DNA of 32,000 nt from positions 1-32,000 of the forward strand of contig NZ_OMOH01000010.1 in assembly GCF_900289195.1 (NCBI RefSeq). The letters run 5' to 3'. Below the pieces are notes generated by a model. That model saw only the letters and a program-made list of their open reading frames with translations, did no database searches and was not told where the DNA came from. The position numbers and the translations under genes were made by a program. Shown piece after piece: positions 1 to 11,843 of the stretch. How positions within the stretch are numbered: the stretch's first letter is position 1; every line of letters begins with the position of its first letter. This DNA comes from Propionibacterium ruminifibrarum. GTDB taxonomy: Bacteria > Actinomycetota > Actinomycetes > Propionibacteriales > Propionibacteriaceae.

Positions 1-130
1 CAAAAAGATTGGCACCCAATCAAAACAAAAAACTAGAAGCACGCTGTTGAGTTATCAAGAAACAACCACACACCACAACACCAGCACAAAACCAGCACCA
101 CGGCGGCAGCAGGTTCAGACGGTCACCGGA
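1..130 (-). other. 5' leader of an rRNA operon (pre-16S leader); the 16S gene itself lies just beyond the left edge
   Basis: The minus strand reads ...GGTTGTTTCTTGATAACTCAACAGCGTGCTTCTAGTTTTTTGTTTTGATTGGGTGCCAATCTTTTTG. The AACTCAACAGCGTGC block followed by T-rich runs matches the conserved actinobacterial rrn leader motif that precedes mature 16S. The stretch is AT-richer than its surroundings and has no ORF of coding character. Confidence 0.55.
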
Positions 131-196
131 GACACTCAGTCGAACTGGGTGAGACCAAGGTCAACCATCTGTCGCCACCTTGCGGCAGCTCGATCA

Positions 197-225
197 ACTC
201 TAGTGAGCTGATCGGTGGAAGTCAA
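197..225 (-). promoter_or_regulatory. Candidate rRNA-operon promoter (-35 TTGACT, 17-nt spacer, -10 TAGAGT) reading leftward
   Basis: The minus strand reads TTGACT (225..220), tccaccgatcagctcac (17 nt), TAGAGT (202..197). This is a near-consensus sigma-A type promoter about 70-200 nt upstream of the rrn leader motif. Confidence 0.55.
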
Positions 226-411
226 ATCGACTTCCCATCCTCTCGGCTGGGATCCGTCGTGGCGACGGGCACCCCTTCGATCAGATGACCCCGGTCTCAC
301 CGGCCCCTTTCGGAGCCGCCTCGTCCGGAGGCGAGAAAGAACAATACCCCCGGACCGGCCACCGCGCAAGCCCGGGGGTCCTGACCGTCCGCAGAAGGAC
401 GTCCAGGCTTG

Positions 412-1677
412 TCAGGGGAGGATCACGCCGCCGACGGTGCGCTTGCCCCGACGTACCAGGGCGTAGCGGCCGGCGAGGAGGTCATCCTCGTCCAAGCGGG
501 CTTCGGTGTCGGTGACCTTCTGGTTGTTCAGGTATGCGCCGCCCTCGGCGATGGCGCGACGGGCCGCGGACTTCGACGGCACGGCCCCGCTGGCGACGAG
601 CGCATCGACGACGAGCGGGAGTCGACCGTCGTCCCTGGGCAGTTCGGCCGCGCCGACCTCGGTCATGACCGCGGTGAGCGTCCGCTCGTCCAGGGCACGC
701 AGATCGCCCCGGCCGAACAGTGCCGCAGCGGCGTCCTCGGCGCTCCTGCGCGCCTCGACGCCGTGGACGAGATCGGTGACGTCGTTGGCCAGGGCCCGCT
801 GGGCCGCCCTCTTGGCCGGCGCCTCGCGGGTCTGGGCCGCGAGATCGTCGATCTCGTCCCGGGTACGGTCGGAGAAGATCTTGAGGTAGTCGATCACCTT
901 GGCGTCCTCGGCGTTCAACCAGAACTGGTGGAAGGCGTAGGGCGAGGTGCGTTCGGGGTCGATCCAGACGGCGCCGCCCTCGGTCTTCCCGAACTTCGTG
1001 CCGTCGGTCTTGGTCAGCAGGGGCGTCACCAGGCCGTGGACGACGTCCCCGGTGGTCCGGCGGATGTAGTCGATGCCTGCGGTGATGTTGCCCCACTGGT
1101 CCTGGGCGCCGGTCTGGAGGGTGCAGCCGTAGCGCTCGTGCAGAGCCGCGTAGTCGAGGGACTGGAGCAGGACGTAGCTGAACTCGGTGTAGCTGATGCC
1201 CTCGTTCAGGCGCCTGGCGACGACGTCGCGGGCCAGCATCCTGTTGACGCTGAAGTGCTTGCCGATGTCGCGCAGGAAGTCGAGGGCCGACAGTGAGGCC
1301 GTCCAGTCGAGGTTGTTGACGACCTGGGAGGCGTTCTCGCCCTCGAAGCTCACGAACCGGCTCACCTGGGCCCGCAGCGACTCGACCCAGGCGGCCACGG
1401 TCTCCTTGGTGTTCATGACGCGTTCGCCGGTCATCTTGGGGTCGCCGATGAGACCCGTGGCGCCCCCCACGAGCAGGAGCGGCCGGTGACCGGCCTGCTG
1501 GAGACGCCGGGCCAGGATGAGCTGCATGAGATGCCCGATGTGAAGGCTCGGGGCCGTGGGGTCGAAGCCCACATAGCTCGTGACCATGCCCTCGTCGAGG
1601 TGGGCGGCGAGTGCCGCTTGGTCGGTGGTCGTCGAGATGAAACCACGCCATGTCAGGTCATCGAGCAGTGCATTCAT
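412..1677 (-). CDS. tyrS: Tyrosyl-tRNA synthetase
   Basis: 421-aa ORF with the class-I HIGH motif (APSLHIGHL), a KMSKS-type motif (KFGKT), and a C-terminal S4-like RNA-binding tail. Start is ATG at 1677 and stop is TGA at 412-414. Confidence 0.95.
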   Translation of the reverse strand: MNALLDDLTWRGFISTTTDQAALAAHLDEGMVTSYVGFDPTAPSLHIGHLMQLILARRLQQAGHRPLLLVGGATGLIGDPKMTGERVMNTKETVAAWVESLRAQVSRFVSFEGENASQVVNNLDWTASLSALDFLRDIGKHFSVNRMLARDVVARRLNEGISYTEFSYVLLQSLDYAALHERYGCTLQTGAQDQWGNITAGIDYIRRTTGDVVHGLVTPLLTKTDGTKFGKTEGGAVWIDPERTSPYAFHQFWLNAEDAKVIDYLKIFSDRTRDEIDDLAAQTREAPAKRAAQRALANDVTDLVHGVEARRSAEDAAAALFGRGDLRALDERTLTAVMTEVGAAELPRDDGRLPLVVDALVASGAVPSKSAARRAIAEGGAYLNNQKVTDTEARLDEDDLLAGRYALVRRGKRTVGGVILP

Positions 1678-1683
1678 CCGGCC

Positions 1684-1689
1684 AGTGTA
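1684..1689 (-). promoter_or_regulatory. Candidate -10 element (TACACT) placed for a leaderless tyrS mRNA
   Basis: The minus strand reads TACACT-GGCCGG-ATG, so the -10 hexamer (TANNNT type) ends 6 nt before the start codon. There is no Shine-Dalgarno sequence. Confidence 0.35.
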
Positions 1690-1869
1690 AGGCAGCCGCC
1701 GGTAGCGGGCGTGCGGGGAACACGGGGCGAGAGATCCGGCCGGATACCGGGCCCCGCCCCGGAACGCCTCGCGGGTGCCGTGCCCGCCTGAGGTTCGGGT
1801 GCCACGGCCCCGACCGCATCGCCGGCGGCCGGGCGCCGGCCGCCTCCCGGCCTGCCCGATGAGCAGGGA

Positions 1870-3903
<2,034 letters not shown>

Positions 3904-3907
<4 letters not shown>

Positions 3908-5115
3908 GCCCGCCCCTGAGCGGCATCCAGCAGCCCGGGCAGTGCGCGCACGAAGTCGTCGAGCTGCCCGGCGGCGATGATGAGCGGGGGCGCGATGCGC
4001 AGCACCTGCGGGCGTGGCGCGTTGATGATCCAGCCCGCGTCGAGGGCCGCGTCGGCCACCCCGGCGGCGATCGGCCGGTTCAGGACGATGCCGCGCAGCA
4101 GGCCCTGGCCGCGGACCGTGTCGACGCGGGGATCGTCGAGGGCTGTGACGGCATCGGCCAGGTGGGCGCCCAGCTCGGTCGAACGCTGCGCGAGCCCCTC
4201 GTCCTCCATCACCCGGAGCACGGCGCAGCCGGCGGCGCAGGCGATCGGGTTGCCGCCGAATGTCGTGCCGTGCTGGCCCGGCCCGAACAGGTCGGCCGCC
4301 TCGCCGAGGGCGAGGCACGCCCCGATCGGGTAGCCGTTGGCCAGCCCCTTGGCGACGGTGATGATGTCGGGCGTGATGCCGCTGCGCTGGTGGGCGAACC
4401 ATGCGCCGCAGCGGCACAGGCCGGTCTGCACCTCGTCGACCCACAGCAGGGCGCCGTGCTCGGCGGTGATGCGTCGCGCCGCCGGCAGGAAGTCGGCGTC
4501 GGGCTCGACGACTCCGTTCTCGCCCTGGATGGGCTCGAGGACGACGGCGGCGACCGTCTCGTCGACGGCCCGGGAGAGCGCCTCGATGTCGCCGTAGGGC
4601 ACCCAGACGATCTCACCGGGCAGCGGCTCGAAGGGGGCGCGGTAGTGCTCGTTGTGGGTGATCGCCAGGGCACCCATCGTGCGGCCGTGGAAGGAGCCCT
4701 CCATGGCGACGATCCTGCGGCGCCCGGTCAGACGGGTCAGTTTGAAGGCGGCCTCGTTGGCCTCGGTGCCCGAGTTCGTGAAGAAGACACGGGCCGCGGT
4801 ACCGGGCGCATCGAGCGTCGCCAGGGCGACGAGTCGTTCGCCGAGCATGATCTGGGGCGGTGAGGCGAAGAAGTTCGAGATGTGCCCGAGGGTGCCGGCC
4901 TGCTCGCTGATCGCCTCGATGACGGCCGGATGGGCGTGGCCGAGGGCGTGCACGGCGAGGCCGGCGAGCAGATCGGTGTAGTGGTTGCCGTCGGCGTCCC
5001 AGACGTCGGCGCCGCGCCCGCGTACCAGGACGCGCTTGGGGTGCCCGAAGGTGTTCATCAGGGTCGCGTCGTAGCGTTCGCCCCAGGTCTTCTGGTCGAT
5101 CAGCTGATCGCTCAC
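3904..5115 (-). CDS. argD: Acetylornithine aminotransferase
   Basis: 403 aa, class-III PLP aminotransferase, with the PLP-lysine context [14 protein letters not shown]. The GTG start at 5115 forms a GTGA overlap with the argB stop. Confidence 0.92.
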
Positions 5116-6017
5116 AGTTCGTCCTCCTCGGCCCGGACCAGTGTGCCGAAGCCCTCGTTCGTGAAGATCTCAAGCAGCAGCGAGTGCTCGACCCGGCCGT
5201 CGATGACGGTGGCGCGGCTCACCCCGCCCTGCACGGCCCGCAGGCAGGCCTCCATCTTGGGTCGCATGCCCGAGACCAGCCCGGGCAGCATGTCCTGCAG
5301 CTCGCGCGCGCTGATCTGGGTGATGACGTCCTCGCTGTTGGGCCAGTCCGAGTACAGGCCGGCCACGTCGGTCAGCATGACGAGACGTTCGGCGCCCAGC
5401 GCGACGGCCAGCGCCGCGGCCGCGGTGTCCGCGTTGACGTTGAAGACCTCCTCGTGCTCGCCGGGGGCGACCGTGGCGACGACGGGGATGCGGCCGGCGT
5501 CCATGAGGTCCTGGACGGCCTGGGGCTGCACGGCGGTGACCTCGCCGACCTGGCCGAGCTCCATCGGGGTGCCGTCGACCATGACCTTCTTCGGCACGGC
5601 GGTGAACAGCCGGGCGTCCTCGCCCGACAGGCCCACCGCGTAGGGGCCGTGGTCGTTGATCATGTTGACGAGTTCACGCCCGACCTTGCCGACCAGCACC
5701 ATGCGGACGACGTCCATGGCCTCGGGCGTGGTGACGCGCAGTCCCCCGCGGAACTCGCTGTGGATGTCGAGGCGTTTGAGCATGCGACTGATCTGGGGGC
5801 CGCCACCGTGGACGACCACGGGCTTGATCCCGCAGCGGCGCATGAAGACGATGTCCTGGGCGAAGGCGCGTTTGAGGTCGTCGTCGATCATGGCGTTGCC
5901 GCCGTACTTGATGACGACGATCCTGCCCGCGTACTGCTCGAGCCAGGGCAGGGCCTCGATGAGGGTACTGGCCTTGCTGATGGCCGCATCACGGTCGAGA
6001 CTGCGCACCCGGCTCAT
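5112..6017 (-). CDS. argB: Acetylglutamate kinase
   Basis: I trimmed the ORF to the ATG at 6017 ([16 protein letters not shown]...). The amino-acid-kinase motifs VIKYGGNAM and [10 protein letters not shown] are present. The start forms an ATGA overlap with the argJ stop. Confidence 0.92.
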   Translation of the reverse strand: MSRVRSLDRDAAISKASTLIEALPWLEQYAGRIVVIKYGGNAMIDDDLKRAFAQDIVFMRRCGIKPVVVHGGGPQISRMLKRLDIHSEFRGGLRVTTPEAMDVVRMVLVGKVGRELVNMINDHGPYAVGLSGEDARLFTAVPKKVMVDGTPMELGQVGEVTAVQPQAVQDLMDAGRIPVVATVAPGEHEEVFNVNADTAAAALAVALGAERLVMLTDVAGLYSDWPNSEDVITQISARELQDMLPGLVSGMRPKMEACLRAVQGGVSRATVIDGRVEHSLLLEIFTNEGFGTLVRAEEDEL

Positions 6018-7165
6018 GAGGAGTACTCCGCGTTCTCCTTGACGTAGTCGTACGTCAGGTCGTTGGTCCAGATCGTGGCCTGCTCGCCCCCGGCGTGCAG
6101 ATCGACGACGACGCTCACCTCGCGCGGGTGCAGGTCGACCAGGGAACGATCCTCGCCGATCGCCCCGCCCCGGCACACCATGACGCCGTTGAACGAGACG
6201 TCGAGCTCGTCGGGGTCGAAGACGGCACTCGTCGTACCGACCGTGGACAGCACGCGCCCCCAGTTGGGGTCGTTGCCGAAGATGGCGCACTTGAACAGGT
6301 TCGAGCGGGCGATCGCGCGTCCCACCTCGAGGGCGTCGGCCTCGCTGGCGGCTCCCCTGACGAGGATCGCTATGTCGTGGGAACTGCCCTCGGCGTCGCC
6401 GAGCAGCTGGGAGCCGAGGTCGAGGCAGACGGTGGTGAGTGCCGCCGCGAACGTCCTGGTGTCGAGCTCGACCCCGGAGGCCCCCGAGCTCAGCAGCAGG
6501 ACGGTGTCGTTCGTCGACTGGCAGCCGTCGGAGTCGAGCCGGTTGAGGGAGACCTCGGTGGCCGCACGCAGCGCGGTGTCCGCCTGCTCGGGCGTGATGA
6601 CGGCGTCCGTCGTGACGACGACGAGCATCGTTGCCAGGGCCGGGGCCAGCATGCCGGCGCCCTTGGCCATGGCGCCGATCGACCAGCCCCCGCCGTTGAA
6701 GACGGCGGTCTTGGGACGCGTGTCGGTGGTCATGATGGCGCGCGCGGCGTCGGCGTCGCCGTGAGCGGACAGGCCTGCGACGGCGCTGTCGACGCCGGCG
6801 AGGAGCGGCTCCATGGGCAGGCGCTCACCGATCAGGCCGGTGGAGCAGACGGCGACGTCGTGGCAGGCGACGCCGAGCAGATCGGCCAGCCTGTCGGCCG
6901 TGGTGGCCGTGTCGGCCATCCCCTCCTCACCAGTGCAGGCATTGGCGCCTCCCGAGTTGAGGACGACGGCTCTCAGCGCGCCGTCGGCCACGGCCTCACG
7001 AGACCAGATGACAGGTGCCGCGCAGACCCGGTTCGAGGTGAAGACGCCGGCGGCGACATCGGCCGGGCCATCGTTGACGACGACCGCCAGGTCGAGACTG
7101 CCGCCGTCCTTGATGCCGGCGGCGACCCCGGCGGCGCGGAAGCCCTTGGGTGCGGTGACGCTCAC
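6014..7165 (-). CDS. argJ: Bifunctional ornithine acetyltransferase / N-acetylglutamate synthase
   Basis: I trimmed the 581-aa track ORF to the GTG at 7165 ([19 protein letters not shown]...), which forms a GTGA overlap with the argC stop. The autoprocessing site context [14 protein letters not shown] is present. Confidence 0.88.
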   Translation of the reverse strand: MSVTAPKGFRAAGVAAGIKDGGSLDLAVVVNDGPADVAAGVFTSNRVCAAPVIWSREAVADGALRAVVLNSGGANACTGEEGMADTATTADRLADLLGVACHDVAVCSTGLIGERLPMEPLLAGVDSAVAGLSAHGDADAARAIMTTDTRPKTAVFNGGGWSIGAMAKGAGMLAPALATMLVVVTTDAVITPEQADTALRAATEVSLNRLDSDGCQSTNDTVLLLSSGASGVELDTRTFAAALTTVCLDLGSQLLGDAEGSSHDIAILVRGAASEADALEVGRAIARSNLFKCAIFGNDPNWGRVLSTVGTTSAVFDPDELDVSFNGVMVCRGGAIGEDRSLVDLHPREVSVVVDLHAGGEQATIWTNDLTYDYVKENAEYSS

Positions 7166-8193
7166 GGTGCGACTCCAATCGTGGACAGGCCGATCGTCTC
7201 GTCCAGGCCCAGCGCGAGATTCATGGACTGCACGGCGCTGCCGGCAGTGCCCTTGGTGAGGTTGTCGAGGACGGCCACGGCGACGAGCCGCCCGGCCGCC
7301 CGGTCGACGGTCGCGTTGACGACGACCGCGTTCGAGCCGAGCACCGACTGGCTGGCCGGCCACACGCCCTCGGGAAGCACGTGGACGAAGGGTTCGTCCG
7401 CATAGGCCGCCAGGTAGGCCTGCCGCACTCGTTCCGGCGGGATCGCCGGGTCGATCGGAGCGGTGATGACGGCCAGGATGCCGCGCTGCATCGGGGCGAG
7501 CAGCGGGGTGAAACTGATCGACGGGGACTCGGCGCCCAGTGCCTCGAGGTTCTGCAGGATCTCGGGGACGTGCCGGTGCGTGCCGCCCACCCCGTAGGCG
7601 CTGACCGAGCCGGCCGTCTCGGAGCCGAGCAGGTTCGGTTTGGGGCTGCGCCCGCCACCACTGGTGCCGGAGGCCGCGGTGATGGTGATGTCGTGACCAT
7701 CGATGAGCCCGCCGGTGATCGCCGGCAGCAGGCCGAGTGTGCTGGTGGCGACGTAGCACCCGCAGACGGCGACGCGTTTCGTGCTGCGCAACCGTTCACG
7801 CTGCCCCGGCATCTCGGGCAGCCCGTAGGGCCAGGACCCGGCATAGGGGGTTCCGTAGAAGGCGTCCCACCGTTCGGCGCTCGTGAGGCGGTGGTCGGCG
7901 CCGCAGTCGATGACGAGGGTGTCGGGGGGCAGCTGGGCGGCGATGGCCGTCGAGGCGCCGTGCGGCAGGGCCAGGAAGACGACGTCATGGCCCGCCAGGT
8001 TCTCCGCGGTGGTCTCGACCACTCGCCGGTCGTACAGGCTGATCAGGTTGGGGTGGTGCTCGCCCAGGACGGTTCCCGCACTGGAACCGGCGGTGAGCGC
8101 GCCGATCTCGATCCGCGGGTGCCCGGCCAGGAGCCGAAGGATCTCGCCTCCTGCGTAACCGGTGCACCCGGCGACTGCTGCTGTGTACGACAT
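7162..8193 (-). CDS. argC: N-acetyl-gamma-glutamyl-phosphate reductase
   Basis: The N-terminus [22 protein letters not shown] carries the NAD-binding fold, and the catalytic Cys context is [11 protein letters not shown] prefer the ATG at 8193. An in-frame ATG at 8199 is the alternative start. Confidence 0.9.
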   Translation of the reverse strand: MSYTAAVAGCTGYAGGEILRLLAGHPRIEIGALTAGSSAGTVLGEHHPNLISLYDRRVVETTAENLAGHDVVFLALPHGASTAIAAQLPPDTLVIDCGADHRLTSAERWDAFYGTPYAGSWPYGLPEMPGQRERLRSTKRVAVCGCYVATSTLGLLPAITGGLIDGHDITITAASGTSGGGRSPKPNLLGSETAGSVSAYGVGGTHRHVPEILQNLEALGAESPSISFTPLLAPMQRGILAVITAPIDPAIPPERVRQAYLAAYADEPFVHVLPEGVWPASQSVLGSNAVVVNATVDRAAGRLVAVAVLDNLTKGTAGSAVQSMNLALGLDETIGLSTIGVAP

Positions 8194-8230
8194 GAGCATA
8201 AGTATGCCATGGAGAAAATAAATATGTTAT
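8193..8230. promoter_or_regulatory. Two tandem ARG-box-like operators (ArgR sites) in the argC / aminotransferase divergent region
   Basis: Box 1 is 8193-8210, TGAGCATAAGTATGCCAT, with palindromic core GCATAAGTATGC. Box 2 is 8213-8230, AGAAAATAAATATGTTAT, separated from box 1 by 2 bp. Both resemble the 18-bp ARG-box pattern TNTGMATWWWWATKCANW. Box 1 overlaps the argC start codon and a putative -10. Confidence 0.5.
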
Positions 8231-8294
8231 TTGCTCGCATTCGAGCGGGCTAGTGTTGTGCACGATGCGTGATGACTATTCGAGAGGTGCTCCG

Positions 8295-9509
8295 ATGACA
8301 AGCTACACACAGTCCTCCAGGCTGCGGGGCGTGCGTTACGACGTGCGAGGCAAGAACATGGTCGAGGCCCAGCGCATGGAGGCGGCGGGGCAGCGCATCC
8401 TCAAGCTCAACATCGGCAACCTCGCCCCGTTCGGTTTCGAGACACCGGACTCGGTGGTCCGCTCCATGGTCGCCCACCTCCCCGAGTCCGAGGGCTACTC
8501 CGACGCCCACGGCGTCTACTCGGCGCGGACCGCCGTGGCGAACTACTACCAGTCCAAGGGCCTGGACGTCGACGTCGACCAGGTGATGCTCGGCAACGGC
8601 GTCAGCGAGTTGATCTCGATCGTCCTGCAATCCCTGCTGAACGCCGACGACGAGGTGCTCATCCCCAGCCCCGACTACCCGCTGTGGACTGCCCAGACGA
8701 CCCTGTGCGGCGGCCGCGCCGTGCACTATCTCGCCGACGAGAGCAACGGCTGGAACCCGGACCTGGAGGACATCGCCTCGCGGATCACGCCCAGGACCAA
8801 GGCGATCGTCATCATCAACCCGAACAACCCGACCGGCGCCGTGTACAGCGCCGAGATCATTCGCGGCATCATCGACCTGGCCCGCGAGCACGGGCTCATC
8901 GTCCTGGCGGACGAGATCTACGAGAAGATCATCTACTCAGGCAACCACGTCTACGCGGCGAACCTGGCCGGCGATGACGTGCTGTGCCTCACCTTCTCCG
9001 GCCTGTCGAAGGCCTACCGGGCCTGCGGGTTCCGGGCCGGCTGGCTGGTCATCACCGGCCCGCTGGCAGCTGCCGAGGACCTGCGTGAGGGACTCGATCT
9101 GCTCGCCAACATGCGCATGTGCGCGAACGTGCCGGGCCAGCACGCCATCCAGACCTGCCTCGGCGGTCACCAGTCGATCGACGAGCTGGTGACCCCCGGG
9201 GGCCGGTTCCACGACCAGATCATGTTGTCGTCCCGGCTGCTCAACGAGATCGAGGGAGTCAGCTGCGTGCCGGCGAGCGGCGCGCTGTACCTGTTCCCGC
9301 GCCTCGACCCGGAGCGCTTCCCCATCGAGGACGACGAGGAGTGGGCGCTCGGCCTGCTGCGGCACAAGAAGATCCTGGTCAGCCACGGGCGCGGCTTCAA
9401 CTGGCCGAACCCCGACCACTTCCGCCTTGTCGCCCTGCCCGAGGAGAAGGTGCTGCGCGAGGCCCTCGCCCGCCTGGCCGAGTACTGCGAGGAGACGCGC
9501 CGGGACTGA
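8295..9509 (+). CDS. Class-I PLP-dependent aminotransferase (AlaA/AspC-like)
   Basis: The ATG at 8295 is preceded by GAGAGG. The N-terminus MTSYTQSSRLRGVRYDVRG...ILKLNIGNLAPFGF aligns with AlaA-type enzymes. The PLP-lysine motif is SGLSKAYRACGFRAGW. Confidence 0.9.
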   Translation: MTSYTQSSRLRGVRYDVRGKNMVEAQRMEAAGQRILKLNIGNLAPFGFETPDSVVRSMVAHLPESEGYSDAHGVYSARTAVANYYQSKGLDVDVDQVMLGNGVSELISIVLQSLLNADDEVLIPSPDYPLWTAQTTLCGGRAVHYLADESNGWNPDLEDIASRITPRTKAIVIINPNNPTGAVYSAEIIRGIIDLAREHGLIVLADEIYEKIIYSGNHVYAANLAGDDVLCLTFSGLSKAYRACGFRAGWLVITGPLAAAEDLREGLDLLANMRMCANVPGQHAIQTCLGGHQSIDELVTPGGRFHDQIMLSSRLLNEIEGVSCVPASGALYLFPRLDPERFPIEDDEEWALGLLRHKKILVSHGRGFNWPNPDHFRLVALPEEKVLREALARLAEYCEETRRD

Positions 9510-9521
9510 CCGCCCTCGATC

Positions 9522-10904
9522 TCAGTCCCGCGGCTCGCCCCACAGCACGGCCCTGCGGATCAGCAGATAGGCGAGCAGCAGCGCATTGGTCACCACCCAC
9601 GACAGGGGGTACAGCATCGCCACGCGGGTGACGGCCCCGAAGACCTGCGGCAGCGCCGCAAGGAGTACCACGCGCAGGCCGCACAGGGCGCTGACGATGA
9701 TGATCATCGGGGGCAGGGCGTGGCCCGCACCGCGGATCGAGGACGAGAGGACCTCCATCAGGGCGAAGAGCAGGTAGCAGGGACCGATGATGCGCGCGAT
9801 GCTCGTGGTCAGCGCGATGACCTGTGGGTCGGCGGTGAACATGCCGAGGATCGGGCCCGAGGCCACGAGCAGGGCGACGGCCAGGACCGACGTGACGGCC
9901 ACGCCGATGAGGCAGCAGACGCGGACGGCTCGGCGGGTTCGCGCCCGGTCCTCGGCGCCGAGGTTCTGGGCCACACTGGTCGAGGCGGCCTGGCCGAGGG
10001 CCATGACCGGCATGTACAGGAAGTTCTCGACCCGGAACCACACGGTGAAGGCCGCGATGTCGGGGATACCCAGCCCGTTGATGCGGTACTGGACCGCCAC
10101 ATTGCTCAGCGTGATGACGAGGGCCTGGACGCCGGCCGGCAGGCCGATGGCGAGGATCTCGCGGAGGGTGACCCGGTGCAGGTGGAAGCGCGTCAGACGC
10201 AGCCGGTAGCGCTCGTCGAGGCGGCGCAGGGCGAGCAGCACCAGCACCGCGCAGAGCGTCTGCGAGGTGAGGGTCGCCGCCGCCGCGCCGACGATCCCCC
10301 ACCGGAAGACGACGATGAACAGCGCGTCGACCAGGACGTTCACCACCCCGCCCAGCAGCTGGCAGAGCATCGGCGTGAGCGAGTCGCCCACCGCGCGCAG
10401 GACCCCGGCCCCCATGTTGAACAGGACGACGCTCACCAGCCCGAGCAGGTAGATGCGCACGTAGACGACGGCCATGGCCAGGATCTCGTCCGGGGTGTTG
10501 AGCCAGGCGAGCAGGGTGGGGGCGATGAGGATCATCGCGGGGATGAGCAGCGTTCCACCGGCCAGTCCGAAGGCGAGGGCGGTGTGCATGACCCGATCGA
10601 CCTGACTGTGCCGCCCGGCCCCGAAATGTCGGGCGACGAGCACGCCGGTGCCGGTACCGAGCCCGGTGAACATGCCGATGAGGCAGGTGACGATGAGTCC
10701 GCTGGCACCGACCGCGGCGGCCGCCTCGGTGCCCAGGGCGTGGCCGACGAACATGAGGTCGACCGTGCTGTAGAGCAGCTGGACGAGGGCGGCCCCGAGC
10801 AGCGGCAGGGCGAAGACGATGATCCCGCGGCCCAGGGGGCCGGTGGTCAGGTCGGTGGTACGGCTGCGTCCGCGGCGTGCGGCGGTGCCCGGGGCGGCTG
10901 TCAT
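9522..10904 (-). CDS. MATE family efflux transporter
   Basis: 460 aa and highly hydrophobic, with about 12 predicted helices. The N-terminus ...GPLGRGIIVFALPLLGAALVQLLYSTVDLMFVGH is typical of MATE (NorM/DinF). The ATG at 10904 shares its A with the upstream ATPase stop, giving TGATG on the minus strand. Confidence 0.85.
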   Translation of the reverse strand: MTAAPGTAARRGRSRTTDLTTGPLGRGIIVFALPLLGAALVQLLYSTVDLMFVGHALGTEAAAAVGASGLIVTCLIGMFTGLGTGTGVLVARHFGAGRHSQVDRVMHTALAFGLAGGTLLIPAMILIAPTLLAWLNTPDEILAMAVVYVRIYLLGLVSVVLFNMGAGVLRAVGDSLTPMLCQLLGGVVNVLVDALFIVVFRWGIVGAAAATLTSQTLCAVLVLLALRRLDERYRLRLTRFHLHRVTLREILAIGLPAGVQALVITLSNVAVQYRINGLGIPDIAAFTVWFRVENFLYMPVMALGQAASTSVAQNLGAEDRARTRRAVRVCCLIGVAVTSVLAVALLVASGPILGMFTADPQVIALTTSIARIIGPCYLLFALMEVLSSSIRGAGHALPPMIIIVSALCGLRVVLLAALPQVFGAVTRVAMLYPLSWVVTNALLLAYLLIRRAVLWGEPRD

Positions 10905-11833
10905 CAGCTCACCTTGGCGCCCTGTTCCACACCGGCCCGGGCCACGAGATGTCCCGGGGAGAGTTCGACGAGCGGGGCCGTCTCGTCCTCACCGGCCCAG
11001 CCGCCGTCCTGGAGACCGGCGGCCCCGGCAGGAGCCGGCCGGTCGAGCCTGCCGTCCCGGTTGCGGGGGTCGAGTACGGAGTCCAGCAGCATCCGGGTGT
11101 AGGGGTGCCGGGCCTGCGCGACGAGTTCGTCGGCGGGCAGCTGCTCGACGACCCGCCCGTGGTACATGACGACGATCGTCTGCGCGAAGTGCGTGACCAG
11201 CGCCAGGTCGTGGCAGACGAATCCGATGGTGATGCCGCGTTCGGCCTGCAGGCGGGCGAGCAGGGCGATGATCTCGGCCTGGGCGCTGACGTCCAGGGCG
11301 CTGGTTGCCTCGTCGCACAGGAGCACCTGCGGGTCGAGGGTGAGTGCCCGGGCGATGGCGCAGCGCTGGAGCTGGCCGCCGGACAGCTGGTGGGGGTAGC
11401 GCACCACGAAGTGACCGGGCAGTCCGACCATGCGGAGCATCTCGCGGGCCCGGGGGATCACCTCGTCGCGTCCGATGAGCCCGTAGCCGATGAGCGGCGC
11501 GCAGATCGCCTCGGCCATGCGCATGCGTGGGGCGAAGGAGCCCAGCGGGTCCTGGAAGACCATCTGCACCTGACGCCGTACCTCGCGCAGGCGCGCGCCC
11601 CTGAGCCCCTGGATCGGCCGGTCGCCGAGGAGCACCCGCCCGCTGGTCGGCTCCTCGAGGCCGATGAGCATGCGCAGCAGGGTGCTCTTGCCCGAACCGG
11701 ACTCGCCGACGACGGCGACCGTCTGTCCCCTGGGCAGGGTGACGGTGACGTTGCTGCACGCCGTCAATCGACTGCCGTCGGGCAGCCGGAAGATCTTGGT
11801 GAGCCCCTCGGCCCTCATCACCGGTTCGGTCAT
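10904..11833 (-). CDS. ABC transporter ATP-binding protein (OppF/DppF/NikE type)
   Basis: I trimmed the ORF to the ATG at 11833, preceded by GAGGAG. Walker A is GESGSGKST, the signature is LSGGQLQRCAIARAL, and Walker B is LLCDEATSALD. Confidence 0.9.
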   Translation of the reverse strand: MTEPVMRAEGLTKIFRLPDGSRLTACSNVTVTLPRGQTVAVVGESGSGKSTLLRMLIGLEEPTSGRVLLGDRPIQGLRGARLREVRRQVQMVFQDPLGSFAPRMRMAEAICAPLIGYGLIGRDEVIPRAREMLRMVGLPGHFVVRYPHQLSGGQLQRCAIARALTLDPQVLLCDEATSALDVSAQAEIIALLARLQAERGITIGFVCHDLALVTHFAQTIVVMYHGRVVEQLPADELVAQARHPYTRMLLDSVLDPRNRDGRLDRPAPAGAAGLQDGGWAGEDETAPLVELSPGHLVARAGVEQGAKVS

Positions 11834-11843
11834 GTTCGGCTCC

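Noticed and set aside
135-164. A second rRNA promoter suggested by TTGACC (164..159 on the minus strand).
   Set aside because: No TANNNT-type -10 lies at 16-19 nt spacing. The candidates there are GACTGA, ACTGAG and CGACTG. I kept only the upstream TTGACT/TAGAGT promoter.
9720-11102. 460-aa plus-strand ORF antisense to the MATE gene. Similar antisense ORFs occur at 409-1296, 2263-3471, 6095-7405, 12616-13875, 14093-15277 and 21632-22768.
   Set aside because: Each one fully overlaps a well-supported gene on the opposite strand. Each has Asp/Gly/Arg/His-rich low-complexity translations without domains.
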